Source: Halarcobacter sp. (GTDB taxonomy: Bacteria > Campylobacterota > Campylobacteria > Campylobacterales > Arcobacteraceae). Taken from it: 64,000 nt of DNA. Location of the stretch: NCBI GenBank assembly GCA_963676565.1, contig OY781089.1, positions 672,001 to 736,000 of the forward strand, written 5' to 3'. Below the pieces are notes generated by a model. That model worked only from the letters and a program-made list of their open reading frames with translations. It did no database searches and was not told where the DNA came from. This document shows, piece after piece, positions 10,096 to 20,437 of this stretch. Numbering within the stretch: the stretch's first letter is position 1; each line of letters opens with the position of its first letter. The position numbers were made by a program, and so were the translations under genes.

Positions 10096-10977
10096 ATGAA
10101 AGAAAAAGATTTTTTATTAGCTATATTAATTACATTTATTTGGGGAGTTAATTTTTCTGTAATAAAACTAGGATTAACCTCTCTTGATCCCTTTATCCTT
10201 TCAGGGATGAGGTTTTTATTATGCTCTTTACCTTTGATATTTTTTATTAAAAAACCAGATGTAAATATGAAATATATCATCACCTATGGATTACTTTTTG
10301 GAGTTGGTTTATGGGGAATCGTATCTTTAGGTATATATTTTGGAGTCTCTGCAGGAATGGCATCACTTATTTTACAGTTTAGTGCATTTTTTACTGTTAT
10401 TCTTGCGGGATTATTTCTACAAGAAGAGATTGATATTTTAAAAAAATTTGCATTTGCAATAGCTATATTAGGTTTGACCTTGATTATTAGTGTAACTGAT
10501 GGTTCAGTTACACTTATTGGATTAGTTTTGCTTTTAATTGCTGCATTATCTCTAAGCTTTACAAATATAATTATAAAGAAAGCAGGAACAAAAAACCTTT
10601 TTTCTTTTATGGTATGGGCTAGTATATTTTCTCCTATTCCACTTTTTGTATTAGCATTTTTAACACAAGGGGAAATTGTATTTACTAGTTTTTTTGAACA
10701 TTTAGATAATACAGCAATATTTTCTATTCTTTTCCAAGTATATCCAACAACACTTTTTGGATATTGGGTTTGGAATAATTTGTTACATAAATATCCTGTG
10801 TCTAGTGTTGCTCCAATTTCATTATTGGTACCAATTTTTGGACTTATGGGCTCATATTTTATATTTCATGAACAAATTGGGCTAATAAAAATACTTGCTT
10901 CATTTTTAATTGTTTTGGCATTGATTGTCAACTCTTTTGGAGAAAGAATTTATTTAAAATTATATGGAGAGAAATAA
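10096..10977 (+). CDS. EamA/DMT family transporter
   Basis: IWGVNFSVIK start, about 10 TM helices. Confidence 0.88.
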   Translation: MKEKDFLLAILITFIWGVNFSVIKLGLTSLDPFILSGMRFLLCSLPLIFFIKKPDVNMKYIITYGLLFGVGLWGIVSLGIYFGVSAGMASLILQFSAFFTVILAGLFLQEEIDILKKFAFAIAILGLTLIISVTDGSVTLIGLVLLLIAALSLSFTNIIIKKAGTKNLFSFMVWASIFSPIPLFVLAFLTQGEIVFTSFFEHLDNTAIFSILFQVYPTTLFGYWVWNNLLHKYPVSSVAPISLLVPIFGLMGSYFIFHEQIGLIKILASFLIVLALIVNSFGERIYLKLYGEK

Positions 10978-11594
10978 TGGAAAGTTTCTATACCCTTACT
11001 ATGCTTTTTTCTATAGGGACATTTGCAATTACAAGTGCAATTACACCAGGGCCAAATAATATAATGCTTTTATCTTCTGGTTTAACCTTTGGTTTTAAAA
11101 GAACAATTCCTCATATAGGGGGAATTATAGTTGGTTTCCCTTTTATGCTTTTATTAATTGGATTAGGAATGGGAATAATCTTTGAAAAATATCCTATTGT
11201 TTTATCAGTATTAAAAATAGTTGGGATTTTATATCTTATTTGGATGGCATATAAAATAGCTACAAATACAAGCACTTATGATGTGATAGATGGGGAAGAT
11301 AGTAAACCTTTTACTTTTTTACAAGCAGCTATATTTCAGTGGGTTAATCCAAAAGCTTGGATTATGGGTGTTACAGCTATTTCTATTTTTATAACAGCAA
11401 AAGAGGATAACTATGGACAAATTTTAATTTTAGTTTTTATCTTTTTACTTTCGGCCATTGTTTCATGTAATACTTGGGCATTAGGTGGAGTTGTTTTAAA
11501 AAAATTTATAAAAGAGGAAAAAAGCATTAGAATATTTAATATTTTTATGGCAATACTTTTAGTAGCTTCAGTTCTTCCAATTATTTTAGAATAG
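10977..11594 (+). CDS. LysE family exporter (EamB-like)
   Basis: TPGPNN and FQWVNPKAW motifs. Confidence 0.88.
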   Translation: MESFYTLTMLFSIGTFAITSAITPGPNNIMLLSSGLTFGFKRTIPHIGGIIVGFPFMLLLIGLGMGIIFEKYPIVLSVLKIVGILYLIWMAYKIATNTSTYDVIDGEDSKPFTFLQAAIFQWVNPKAWIMGVTAISIFITAKEDNYGQILILVFIFLLSAIVSCNTWALGGVVLKKFIKEEKSIRIFNIFMAILLVASVLPIILE

Positions 11595-11610
11595 AGTATT
11601 GATGTGAATA

Positions 11611-11703
11611 TTAATATGAAATTAAATAAAAAAATGCAGCTGATGCATAGTAACAAATAGATACAGCTACAAAAAATAAACTGTCTTCATATCTCTTTAA
11701 CAT
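11611..11703 (-). CDS. unannotated 30-aa hydrophobic small protein (MLKRYEDSLFFVAVSICYYASAAFFYLISY)
   Basis: AAGGAG RBS 5 nt before the ATG, single TM-length hydrophobic stretch, sits in an otherwise empty intergenic gap. Confidence 0.55.
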   Translation of the reverse strand: MLKRYEDSLFFVAVSICYYASAAFFYLISY

Positions 11704-11822
11704 AGGTTCTCCTTAAAATTATTTTCTTGTAAAATTAAACTCATACCAATATTCTATTATTGTTTTGTTACATTAAAGTAGCAATTCTTATTGGGGTTAC
11801 TTTTTAAATTTATAGAATTAAT

Positions 11823-12446
11823 TTAAGCTGTTATATCTGCACTTTTTTCATTTGATTCAGTATTATTTTGTTCATACTGATTTTTGGCATTTTGTGAATA
11901 TTTATTCGATTCTAGCATTTTTTCTTGAATCTCTTGTGCAAATTCTTGTTGGGCTTTCATCAACATAACCCTAGCTTTTGATGCCACTGATAAATCTTGA
12001 GGGCTTGGGTCTGCGGGAGCTAAGGCCGTAGCAATCACTCCTTGTAAATTTGAAATACTCTCTTGTGGAGTTGAACCTGTTTGTATTCTAACTGGAACTT
12101 CTCCTGCAACAGCATACATAACCCCATCTGGACCTTTTTGATAGGTAAATGAAGCTCCACCTGAAGCTGCTGGTCCACTTTGGTGTGCTGCTTCGTGAGC
12201 TCGCACTTTTGTATCGGCTGCTTTTAGTTTTGTTAGTTCGACTTTTTCTTCTTGAGTTAATTGGGTATTGTCTTTATTAGATTGTTCTTTATTTTCTTCA
12301 GATTTTTTTGAGGCATCATTTTTTTCAAGACCTCTTGTATCTTCTTGTGTTCCATTCTTTTCTGACACAATTTGTTTTTGGGCATTTGCCCTTGAAAAAT
12401 AGTCGACATTGTAGCCGAAGGTTGAAGTGTTGTTTCCTATTTCCAT
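11823..12446 (-). CDS. SprA-related family protein
   Basis: VRAHEAAH, YQKGPDGVMYAVAGEV, ALAPADPSPQD motifs. Confidence 0.8.
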   Translation of the reverse strand: MEIGNNTSTFGYNVDYFSRANAQKQIVSEKNGTQEDTRGLEKNDASKKSEENKEQSNKDNTQLTQEEKVELTKLKAADTKVRAHEAAHQSGPAASGGASFTYQKGPDGVMYAVAGEVPVRIQTGSTPQESISNLQGVIATALAPADPSPQDLSVASKARVMLMKAQQEFAQEIQEKMLESNKYSQNAKNQYEQNNTESNEKSADITA

Positions 12447-12509
12447 AATATAGATTTTATAACAACTTGAAAAAAATGTAAAGTAATGAAGATTTATTCA
12501 GTACTAGGT

Positions 12510-12983
12510 CTATTTTAATTTGATATTTTGGCTTTTCCCTTTGATAAATGATGTTGTATCATGTATTTCTCTTAAAAACAAAAGTAATGCAACAATCAAT
12601 GAAATCATAGAAAAAATAAATAAAACTGATATCACAAAATGTGAGTCAAAATTCATCAATGAACTTGCAAAAATACTTAGGATAACTAAAGCAATCATAA
12701 AACCTGTAGTTGTACCAAAAAAGATTGCTCTATTTATATTTTGCATTCGTCTAACTAGAAACTTTCTTCTTTTTTCTTGTGCTTCTGTCATCTTGAAATT
12801 TGGATTTTCTTCTTCTGCTTGAACTAATGAGTTATCTAACTTCTCTAATCTGTCTATAATTCTTGCTAACCTTCCTGTAAATACATTTAAAAGCCCCGCA
12901 ACACCTGCAATTAAAAATACCGGTGCAACTGATACTTGTATAAGTTGAGTGATTGTATCTATTGTAGTTTGTTCTTGTATCAT
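12510..12983 (-). CDS. DUF2721-like membrane protein
   Basis: IQVSVAPVFLI...RLARIIDR pattern, 3 TM helices. Confidence 0.75.
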   Translation of the reverse strand: MIQEQTTIDTITQLIQVSVAPVFLIAGVAGLLNVFTGRLARIIDRLEKLDNSLVQAEEENPNFKMTEAQEKRRKFLVRRMQNINRAIFFGTTTGFMIALVILSIFASSLMNFDSHFVISVLFIFSMISLIVALLLFLREIHDTTSFIKGKSQNIKLK

Positions 12984-13188
12984 TGTTTTCCATTTTATTT
13001 CTTCTTTTCTAAATAGGAAGAAAGTAAGTAGTCAAAGTTTTAAAGATTTTTGACTTTTTTCGTATTTTATCATATTTTCTAAACTGTAAGAGATATAAAA
13101 AGAGTGATTTTTACTCTTTCATACTTTTTTATTGAAAAAAGTATGGCCTGTGCTTGCACTCTCTTTGAGAAAAACAACAGCCAGGTTG

Positions 13189-14043
13189 TTAAACTCCATT
13201 ATATTTATCTATTAAAGTTTGATTTGAACCAAAAGCATTAATATCATATTCTTTTAATGATTTTTCGATATCAACATTATAAGTAATATGTTCAAAAAAT
13301 TCATATTTTTCTATTAATCCTTTAAATTTCCTCTTTCCTATATTCCCTAAACAATGATAAAACAATAATTCAAGTTCATTTTCTGTAAATTGAGCTCTAA
13401 AGATATTTATATATCTTTGTTTTGAATCAATATCACTATCATCTATAAATTTTATAATCTGGTATATTTGAGAAAAGTAACTACCAGTTAAACACTCATG
13501 ACTATTATTAAATTTCTCATAATCTCCTAAATATTGTAGTTTAAGCTCATCTAAAAAACTATGAATTGTTTCATGATAAGTCATTTCTCTTATTATAAAA
13601 TTGGTTGTAGGACTACCATTTTCAAAACCATCTACTCTTTCTCTACGACTAACTGTAAAGTTAGATTTTAATTCAATAAAAATACTTATAAGTTGGAAAA
13701 AAGTATTTTCAAATATCTGTAATTTTGTTGCTTTGTTTTGTAGTTTTAAAGATTTTGCTTGTTTTTTTTGTGCTGTCACAGTCTTTTTTAATTCTTTACG
13801 GGTTGCTTTTAATTCATCTGATTGAAGTTTAATTGTATATAGTAATGCAATCAATGCAAGAAAAGCAAGAATTGGATTTAATGTACCTCCAATAAAATCT
13901 CCAAAATTTGCAAATTTATTTATTTCAGTCGGAACAGTATCTCCAAATTTTTTTGTAAAAAAAGCTAATACTCCCCCAATAAAAAGTATGGCAATTATAA
14001 AAATTATAGTTAAAAAAATTAATGTATTATCATTTTTCTTCAT
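13189..14043 (-). CDS. putative phage abortive infection protein (putAbiC-like)
   Basis: Two TM helices, FGDFIGGTLNPILAF, coiled coil, FENTFFQL, YQIIKFID, RAQxxxxELxLLFY. Confidence 0.7.
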   Translation of the reverse strand: MKKNDNTLIFLTIIFIIAILFIGGVLAFFTKKFGDTVPTEINKFANFGDFIGGTLNPILAFLALIALLYTIKLQSDELKATRKELKKTVTAQKKQAKSLKLQNKATKLQIFENTFFQLISIFIELKSNFTVSRRERVDGFENGSPTTNFIIREMTYHETIHSFLDELKLQYLGDYEKFNNSHECLTGSYFSQIYQIIKFIDDSDIDSKQRYINIFRAQFTENELELLFYHCLGNIGKRKFKGLIEKYEFFEHITYNVDIEKSLKEYDINAFGSNQTLIDKYNGV

Positions 14044-14108
14044 TTTTCATCCAATAAATAAGATAACTTATTATAACTAAAAAGAGTTTTAGTGATTGCA
14101 ATTTTTTA

Positions 14109-14194
14109 GGAAGTTCAAGGCTAGCGTGGAGATTTTATTAGGAGCTTACTGTAGTAAGTGACTGGTGAAATTTCCGCGATAACGCAGAAATTCC
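14109..14194 (+). repeat. structured intergenic element (long hairpin; ncRNA or REP/MITE-like)
   Basis: Nested stems: GGAAGTTC/GAAATTCC, a 16-bp stem 14125-14178 with 5 G.U pairs, and inner CTTAC/GTAAG. Confidence 0.55.
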
Positions 14195-14197
14195 AAC

Positions 14198-14222
14198 AAA
14201 GAGTTATTAATAAAACTCTTTT
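14198..14222 (-). terminator. hairpin after nrdB
   Basis: AAAGAGTT-N-AACTCTTT inverted repeat abutting the nrdB stop. Confidence 0.5.
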
Positions 14223-15241
14223 TAGAAGTCGTCGAAGTCGATAGACCCTTTCGAATAGTTAACTACGTTTCCTTCAAAGAAGTTAGTTCTTTGATCATTA
14301 AAACTCGCATACCCATCAACCCATGGTATTGGGTGCTTAACATTATACATTGGTTTATATCCAACTGCTTCAAGTCTTCTATCAGCAAGGTATTGAATAT
14401 ATTGTTCAATGATTTTATCTGTAAATCCAAGGATTTGACCTTGAGTTACATATGCTCCCCATGAAGCTTCAAGTTCAACTGCTTTTTTAAACATAGCTCT
14501 TACTTGTTCTTCAAGTGCTGGCGTGAATAAATCAGGTCTTTCTTTTCTAGTAGAGTTAATCATATTTTGGAATAAAAGTAAGTGAGTTACTTCATCCCTT
14601 TGAATAAATCTAATCATCTGTGAAGAACCTAACATTTTCCCAGATTTTCCAAGTGCATACATAGCAGCAAAACCAGCATAAAAATATAAACCTTCTAAAA
14701 TTTGGTTAGCAAACATTGCAAGAACGATTTTTTCATCAGTAATATCTCCTGCAAGGTTTTTATATACAGCAGCGATATAGTCATTTTTTTCTTTTAATTT
14801 AGCATCTGTTTTCCACATATTGTAAATCTCATCTGTATTATCAGAAATTGACTCAACCATAACTGCGTATGATTTAGAGTGATTTGCTTCTTCATATGAT
14901 TGTCTTGAAAGACAAGCATTGATTTCTGGAACTGTGATGTATGGATTGATATTGTCCATAAGATTGTTAGTTTGTAATGAATCCATAAAAATCAACTGAG
15001 ATAAAACTAAGTCATACATTCTTTTTTCTGCAACAGTAAGATACTTATAGTCTTTTGCATCGCCTGTCATTTGAACTTCTTTAGGAAACCAAGTATTTGC
15101 TTCCATCGTATCCCAAAGATTTAATGCCCATTGGTACTTCATCTTAGTAAAGTTAATCATACCATCAGGGTTTCCACCAAAAATTCTTCTGTCGTTTAAG
15201 TTCTCTTTTGATTCTGGGTTATATATTGTTTTTCTTCCCAC
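14222..15241 (-). CDS. nrdB: ribonucleotide reductase class Ia beta subunit
   Basis: EANH and DEVTH diiron ligands, NFFE C-terminus. Confidence 0.95.
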   Translation of the reverse strand: MGRKTIYNPESKENLNDRRIFGGNPDGMINFTKMKYQWALNLWDTMEANTWFPKEVQMTGDAKDYKYLTVAEKRMYDLVLSQLIFMDSLQTNNLMDNINPYITVPEINACLSRQSYEEANHSKSYAVMVESISDNTDEIYNMWKTDAKLKEKNDYIAAVYKNLAGDITDEKIVLAMFANQILEGLYFYAGFAAMYALGKSGKMLGSSQMIRFIQRDEVTHLLLFQNMINSTRKERPDLFTPALEEQVRAMFKKAVELEASWGAYVTQGQILGFTDKIIEQYIQYLADRRLEAVGYKPMYNVKHPIPWVDGYASFNDQRTNFFEGNVVNYSKGSIDFDDF

Positions 15242-15316
15242 TTAATTTTCCTCTATATTTTTTGATATTTTATTTTATTTACAAAACTTTTCGTATATAT
15301 AAAATGTAAGGCTATC

Positions 15317-17701
15317 TTATTGACAACCTGAACATTCCATACTTCTGTCTTCTACATCATTTGATGCTTCAGGTGATTGAGATCTTAAATAATATGTTGA
15401 TTTAAGTCCAAGTTTCCATGCTAGCATATAAATCTCGTGTAAATATTTTCCACTTGCTTTATCTAAGCTCATAAAGATATTTAAAGATTGTCCTTGGTCA
15501 ATCCATTTTTGTCTAACTGCACCAGCTCTAATGATATCTAATTGGTCAACATCATAAGCAGGAATATAATATGTCCATGTTTCTGGACTTAGGTTTGGTA
15601 CAACTACAGGAATAAGTCCTGATAAGTTTTCTTCATACCACTTTCTTTTATAAACTGGTTCAATAGCTTGTGTTGTTCCAACAAGGATTGAAATAGATGA
15701 AGTTGGTGCAATTGCCATTAAGTATCCATTTCTCATACCATTTGTTTTAACTTGTTCTCTTAATGCATCCCAATCATATCCTGCATCAAAAAGGTCTTTA
15801 TCTACAAGTGCATTAACAGCTTGTGGTGCATGGTCGTGTGGCATAATACCTTTTGACCAGTTAGAACCTTCAAATGTTGGATAAACACCTTTTTCAACAC
15901 TAAGTTCGCTTGATGCTTTAATTGCATTGTATGAGATTGCTTCCATAATTGAATCAATCTTTTTAAAGTGGTCATTGCTTCCCCAAACAAGTTTTTGTTC
16001 AGCAAGCATTTGTGACTCACCCATTACACCAAGTCCAATAGATCTTGATTTTAGGTTTGTTGCTTTTACTTTTCTAAGTGGATAGAAGTTTAAGTCGATT
16101 ACATTGTCAAGCATTCTAACTGCTGTTGGAACAACTCTTTCTATATCCTCTTTTGTATTTATTCTAGAAAGGTTAATTGATGCTAAGTTACAAACAGCTG
16201 TATCACCATCAGTTTTTTCTTTTTCAACAATAAATACTCTTTTTCCATTTATTGAATCAAGAGCAGTTACTTTATTTGCTTTTTTCTCTTGACCTGCATC
16301 TACTAAGATTAAATCTTCTTCTTCATAAGTTTCAATTGTACCATCTTCAAACTCTAACTTAATTTTATAGTGATTAGGGTTTGTATTTTGGAAAATCTCT
16401 GTACAAAGATTTGAAGATCTAATATGTCCAACATGGTTATTTGGATTAGCTCTATTTGCATTATCTTTAAAGCAAAGGAAAGGCGAACCAGATTCAAAAT
16501 AAGAAGTTAGAATTTTTTTCCATAACTCTTTTGCTTTCATTCTTTCTTTTGTGATTGATTCATCATTTTCATATTGAATATATCTTTCAATAAATGCTTC
16601 ACCATGTAATTCAGATAAATCTTTTACTTCATATGGATCAAATAAAGTCCAGTATGAATCCTCAGCAATTCTTTCCATGAAAAGGTCTGTAATCCAAAGG
16701 GCAGGGAATAAATCATGTGCTCTTCTTCTTTCTTCACCTGAGTTTTTCTTTAAGTCAATGAAATCAACAATATCCATGTGCCAAGGCTCAAGGTAAACAG
16801 CTATTGCACCTTTTCTTGTACCTAATTGGTCAACTGCAATTGCAATATCATTTGTGATTTTAAGAAATGGAACAGTACCCCCAGCAGCACTTTTGTGGTC
16901 ATCGATAACTCCACCTAATGCTCTAATTTGGTTCCAATCCCAACCAATACCACCACCATATTTAGAAAGTAGTGCCATCTCTTTATATCCATCAAAAATA
17001 CCTTCAATATTATCAGGACTTGAACCAATATAACAAGAAGATAATTGGTGTCTGTTTGTTCTTGCATTTGATAATGTTGGAGTTGCTAACATAACTTCAA
17101 ATTTTGAAACTACATCATAAAACTCTTTTGCTCTTTGTTGTTTATTATCTTCATCTTGAGCTAAGAACATAGCAATCGCCATAAACATTTGTTGAGGAAG
17201 CTCTATTGGTATACCTTGTCTATTTTTGATTAAATATCTATCGTATAAAGTTTTAATTCCAAGATAATTGAATAAATAGTCTCTTGTTGGATCCATATAA
17301 TCATTTAAATCATCTAGATCATAACCTTCACCTAAAGCAGGAAGTAGTCTTCCAGCTTCTTTTCCATATTTTAGGTAATCTTTTAAATGGCAGTATGGTT
17401 CACCTTTGATTCCATGAGTAGCTTTTCCAACTTTATGATACAGGTCAAATACAAAAAGTCTTGCGGCAACAAAAGTCCAATTTGGGACATCAATATCGAT
17501 TTTTTCAACCGCAGTTTTTATTAATGCATCTTGAATATCTGAAGAACTCATTCCATCAATAAATTTAATTTGAGCATCAAGCTCTAATTCACTTTGAGAT
17601 ACACCATCTAAGCCTTCAGTAGCTTCAATAGTCATCTTTTGGATTTTAGTAATATCTAAAATCTCTTTTCTACCATTTCTTTTTTGAATCATTATTGCCA
17701 T
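15317..17701 (-). CDS. nrdA: ribonucleotide reductase class Ia alpha subunit
   Basis: ATP cone, SNLCTEI, APTSSIS, YY pair, C-terminal CxxC. Confidence 0.96.
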   Translation of the reverse strand: MAIMIQKRNGRKEILDITKIQKMTIEATEGLDGVSQSELELDAQIKFIDGMSSSDIQDALIKTAVEKIDIDVPNWTFVAARLFVFDLYHKVGKATHGIKGEPYCHLKDYLKYGKEAGRLLPALGEGYDLDDLNDYMDPTRDYLFNYLGIKTLYDRYLIKNRQGIPIELPQQMFMAIAMFLAQDEDNKQQRAKEFYDVVSKFEVMLATPTLSNARTNRHQLSSCYIGSSPDNIEGIFDGYKEMALLSKYGGGIGWDWNQIRALGGVIDDHKSAAGGTVPFLKITNDIAIAVDQLGTRKGAIAVYLEPWHMDIVDFIDLKKNSGEERRRAHDLFPALWITDLFMERIAEDSYWTLFDPYEVKDLSELHGEAFIERYIQYENDESITKERMKAKELWKKILTSYFESGSPFLCFKDNANRANPNNHVGHIRSSNLCTEIFQNTNPNHYKIKLEFEDGTIETYEEEDLILVDAGQEKKANKVTALDSINGKRVFIVEKEKTDGDTAVCNLASINLSRINTKEDIERVVPTAVRMLDNVIDLNFYPLRKVKATNLKSRSIGLGVMGESQMLAEQKLVWGSNDHFKKIDSIMEAISYNAIKASSELSVEKGVYPTFEGSNWSKGIMPHDHAPQAVNALVDKDLFDAGYDWDALREQVKTNGMRNGYLMAIAPTSSISILVGTTQAIEPVYKRKWYEENLSGLIPVVVPNLSPETWTYYIPAYDVDQLDIIRAGAVRQKWIDQGQSLNIFMSLDKASGKYLHEIYMLAWKLGLKSTYYLRSQSPEASNDVEDRSMECSGCQ

Positions 17702-17733
17702 CTTAGTTTAACCCCTATCCCTTTTTAAGTTAA

Positions 17734-19062
17734 TTATTTAAATACTCTTTTAAATATAGCATCCACATTTTTTGTATAATAATCGTAGTTAAAACACTCT
17801 CTGATTTGTTCTTCAGATAGTTTTGCTCTTAAGTCTTCATCTGCTAATAAGTGACCTAAGTATAAAGACTCACCCTCTTCATTTAATGTTGGTTTACCTT
17901 GTTGAATCTCTTCCCAAACCTTCATAGCGTTTCTTTGAACGATTTTGTAAGCATCTTCTCTGCTTACTCCAGCTTTTGGTAACTCTAGCAAAACTCTCTG
18001 AGAAAAAACTAAACCACCAGTTAAGTTTAAATTTTTCATCATATTTTCAGGCATAACAGTTAAGTTAGCAATTACATTGTTCATTCTATGTAACATAAAG
18101 TCTGTTGTAATAAATGCATCAGGTAACCAAAATCTTTCATTTGATGAGTGTGAGATATCTCTTTCGTGCCATAATGCTACATTTTCCATCGCTGGATTAG
18201 CATATGCTCTAATTGTTCTTGCTAAACCTGTGATATTTTCAGTTAAAATAGGATTTCTTTTGTGTGGCATAGCTGAACTTCCTTTTTGCCCTTTCGCAAA
18301 AAACTCTTCAGCTTCGTATACTTCTGTTCTTTGTAAGTGTCTAACTTGAACAGCAAATTTTTCGATTGATGATGCCATAGATGCTAAAGCAGTAGCAAGT
18401 CTTGCATATCTATCTCTATGAACTACTTGGTTTGAACAAGGTTCTGGTTTTAAACCTAATTCTGCCATAGCTAATTCTTCAAGTTCTAATGGAGCATGAG
18501 CAAAGTTACCCATTGCACCAGAGATTTGACCAACAGAGATAACTTCCATTGTTTGCTCTAGGTTTAATAGGTGTCTTGACATCTCATCATACCAAACAGC
18601 TAAAGTTAAACCAAATGTAATAGGCTCACCATGAATACCATGAGATCTTCCTACCATAAGTGTAAATTTATGCTCTTCAGCTCTTTTTTTAATTGATTCC
18701 ATTAACATCTTAACATCATCAATAATAATATTTAAAGAGTCTCTCATTTGAAGGGCAACACCTGTATCAACTGCATCAGATGAAGTCATACCATAGTGGA
18801 ACCATCTTGATTCTTCCCCTAATGACTCTGAAACACTTGTGTTAAATGCAATTAAGTCATGTTTTGTAACAGCCTCAATCTCTTCAATTCTCTCAACTGA
18901 AAATGTTGCATTATTTACAATTTTTTCACAATCATCATCTGGAATAAGACCTAATTTATTCCAAGCCTTTACTGCTGCTTTTTCTACTTCTAACCATGCT
19001 GCATATCTTGCGTGTTGAGTCCAGTGTTTTGACATCTCTTCTCTAGCATATCTTTCAACCAT
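17734..19062 (-). CDS. purB: adenylosuccinate lyase
   Basis: GSSAMPHKRNP signature; start MVERY at 19062. Confidence 0.96.
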   Translation of the reverse strand: MVERYAREEMSKHWTQHARYAAWLEVEKAAVKAWNKLGLIPDDDCEKIVNNATFSVERIEEIEAVTKHDLIAFNTSVSESLGEESRWFHYGMTSSDAVDTGVALQMRDSLNIIIDDVKMLMESIKKRAEEHKFTLMVGRSHGIHGEPITFGLTLAVWYDEMSRHLLNLEQTMEVISVGQISGAMGNFAHAPLELEELAMAELGLKPEPCSNQVVHRDRYARLATALASMASSIEKFAVQVRHLQRTEVYEAEEFFAKGQKGSSAMPHKRNPILTENITGLARTIRAYANPAMENVALWHERDISHSSNERFWLPDAFITTDFMLHRMNNVIANLTVMPENMMKNLNLTGGLVFSQRVLLELPKAGVSREDAYKIVQRNAMKVWEEIQQGKPTLNEEGESLYLGHLLADEDLRAKLSEEQIRECFNYDYYTKNVDAIFKRVFK

Positions 19063-19199
19063 AAACAAATCCCTTGTATTCAAATATCTATTAGTTTTTA
19101 TCAATTTTTTCTAATAATTTAAGTATGATATGCTATCTAAATAAGACAAAATATATGTTTAATTTTTGTTGAATTTTTACTTAATTTCAGGAAATAATA

Positions 19200-20111
19200 T
19201 TGCCGTTTACTTTAAAAAAATTTGATGCCATAAAAGATAAAAAAATACAACTATTTATGTTGCAAGACTTGGGCTACAAGCCCCGTCCTGCCAATCGTTT
19301 GATAGCAAGATCAAGGGTTTTTGACTCAAACCATGTTCCCTATGAAATCAATGAATTAATAAAAGAAGATGTCATCTACATTGCTTTGTTTGAGGGGCAT
19401 ACAAGGGGCTTAAGACCTTTACATATTTTTAAAGATTTTGCAATCTTTGATAAGCCTTCAAATTTAATGATTCATCCTATTTCAAAAAACACTCCTTATT
19501 CACTTTTGGATGAGATTAGATACCATTTAGGAGAGAGTGCAAACCAAGCTCACAGAATAGATGCAGAGACATCAGGACTAGTATTAGTGGGAAAAAATGA
19601 GAAGGTTACAAATAAACTTGCAACCATGTTTGAGAACAAAGAGTATAAAAAATCTTATCTTGCAATAGTTGAAGGAAAAATAGAAAAAGAAGAGTTAATT
19701 GATAAAAATTTAAAAAAAGAGGGGAAGGCTATTGGTGTTAGAATGGCAACTTGCTCAAAAGATGAGGGTAAAGAATCAATTACAAAGGTAAAACCTTTAA
19801 AATACAACGAGAAAAAAGATATTACATTAGTTGAAGTTACTCCAATAACAGGTAGACAACATCAAATAAGAGTACATCTATACTCAATTGGGCATAAAAT
19901 ATTAGGTGACCCAATATATGGAATAGATGATGATATTGCAGAAGATTATCTAAATAAAAAGCTTAGTGATGATGATAGAATTAAAGCTTCTAAATCCCAT
20001 AGGTTATGGTTGCAAGCAAATTACCTTGAATTTACTTACGATAAAGTAATTTATAAAATCTATTCTAAAAATAAAGATATATATAATGAGTTTAGCTCTT
20101 TAAGAAGCTAA
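19200..20111 (+). CDS. RluA family RNA pseudouridine synthase
   Basis: HRIDAETSG catalytic Asp, TGRQHQIRVH, GDPIYG. Confidence 0.9.
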   Translation: MPFTLKKFDAIKDKKIQLFMLQDLGYKPRPANRLIARSRVFDSNHVPYEINELIKEDVIYIALFEGHTRGLRPLHIFKDFAIFDKPSNLMIHPISKNTPYSLLDEIRYHLGESANQAHRIDAETSGLVLVGKNEKVTNKLATMFENKEYKKSYLAIVEGKIEKEELIDKNLKKEGKAIGVRMATCSKDEGKESITKVKPLKYNEKKDITLVEVTPITGRQHQIRVHLYSIGHKILGDPIYGIDDDIAEDYLNKKLSDDDRIKASKSHRLWLQANYLEFTYDKVIYKIYSKNKDIYNEFSSLRS

Positions 20112-20420
20112 CTCACAATTAAAACAATTTGATATATCTTTACATGTAGAACAAGCTGGTGCAGTTTTACCTATAGAATCGTAAAGATATTTTTTCCATC
20201 TTACATCTTTTGGTTTTATTTTTGCCAAAGATGGAAAGTTGTTTGTCATTAACCTATTCATCTCTTTTCTACTGATTAAGCCTAAATCAGAGTACAAATG
20301 CCCCATTCTTAATGAAGTTTTAGCAATCCAAGGCGCCAATGTATTTTTTGCATAATCATCATCTGCATTTTTTTGAAGTAAGCTTAATACTTCAACTTCC
20401 ATCATTTCAAATTCACTCAT
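20100..20420 (-). CDS. nifQ: short NifQ (Mo donor for FeMo-co)
   Basis: HLYSDLGL.SR..M..LM...FP.LA......VRWKKYLY...APACSTC....C. Confidence 0.82.
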   Translation of the reverse strand: MSEFEMMEVEVLSLLQKNADDDYAKNTLAPWIAKTSLRMGHLYSDLGLISRKEMNRLMTNNFPSLAKIKPKDVRWKKYLYDSIGKTAPACSTCKDISNCFNCELAS

Positions 20421-20437
20421 AGTTTTTTCCTCCTTAT

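Noticed and set aside
16200..16390. Extra segment in NrdA between SNLCTEI and VCNLAS considered as an intein
   Set aside because: Only about 60 aa, with no Cys/Ser start plus His-Asn end and no endonuclease motifs; looks like a lineage-specific insertion
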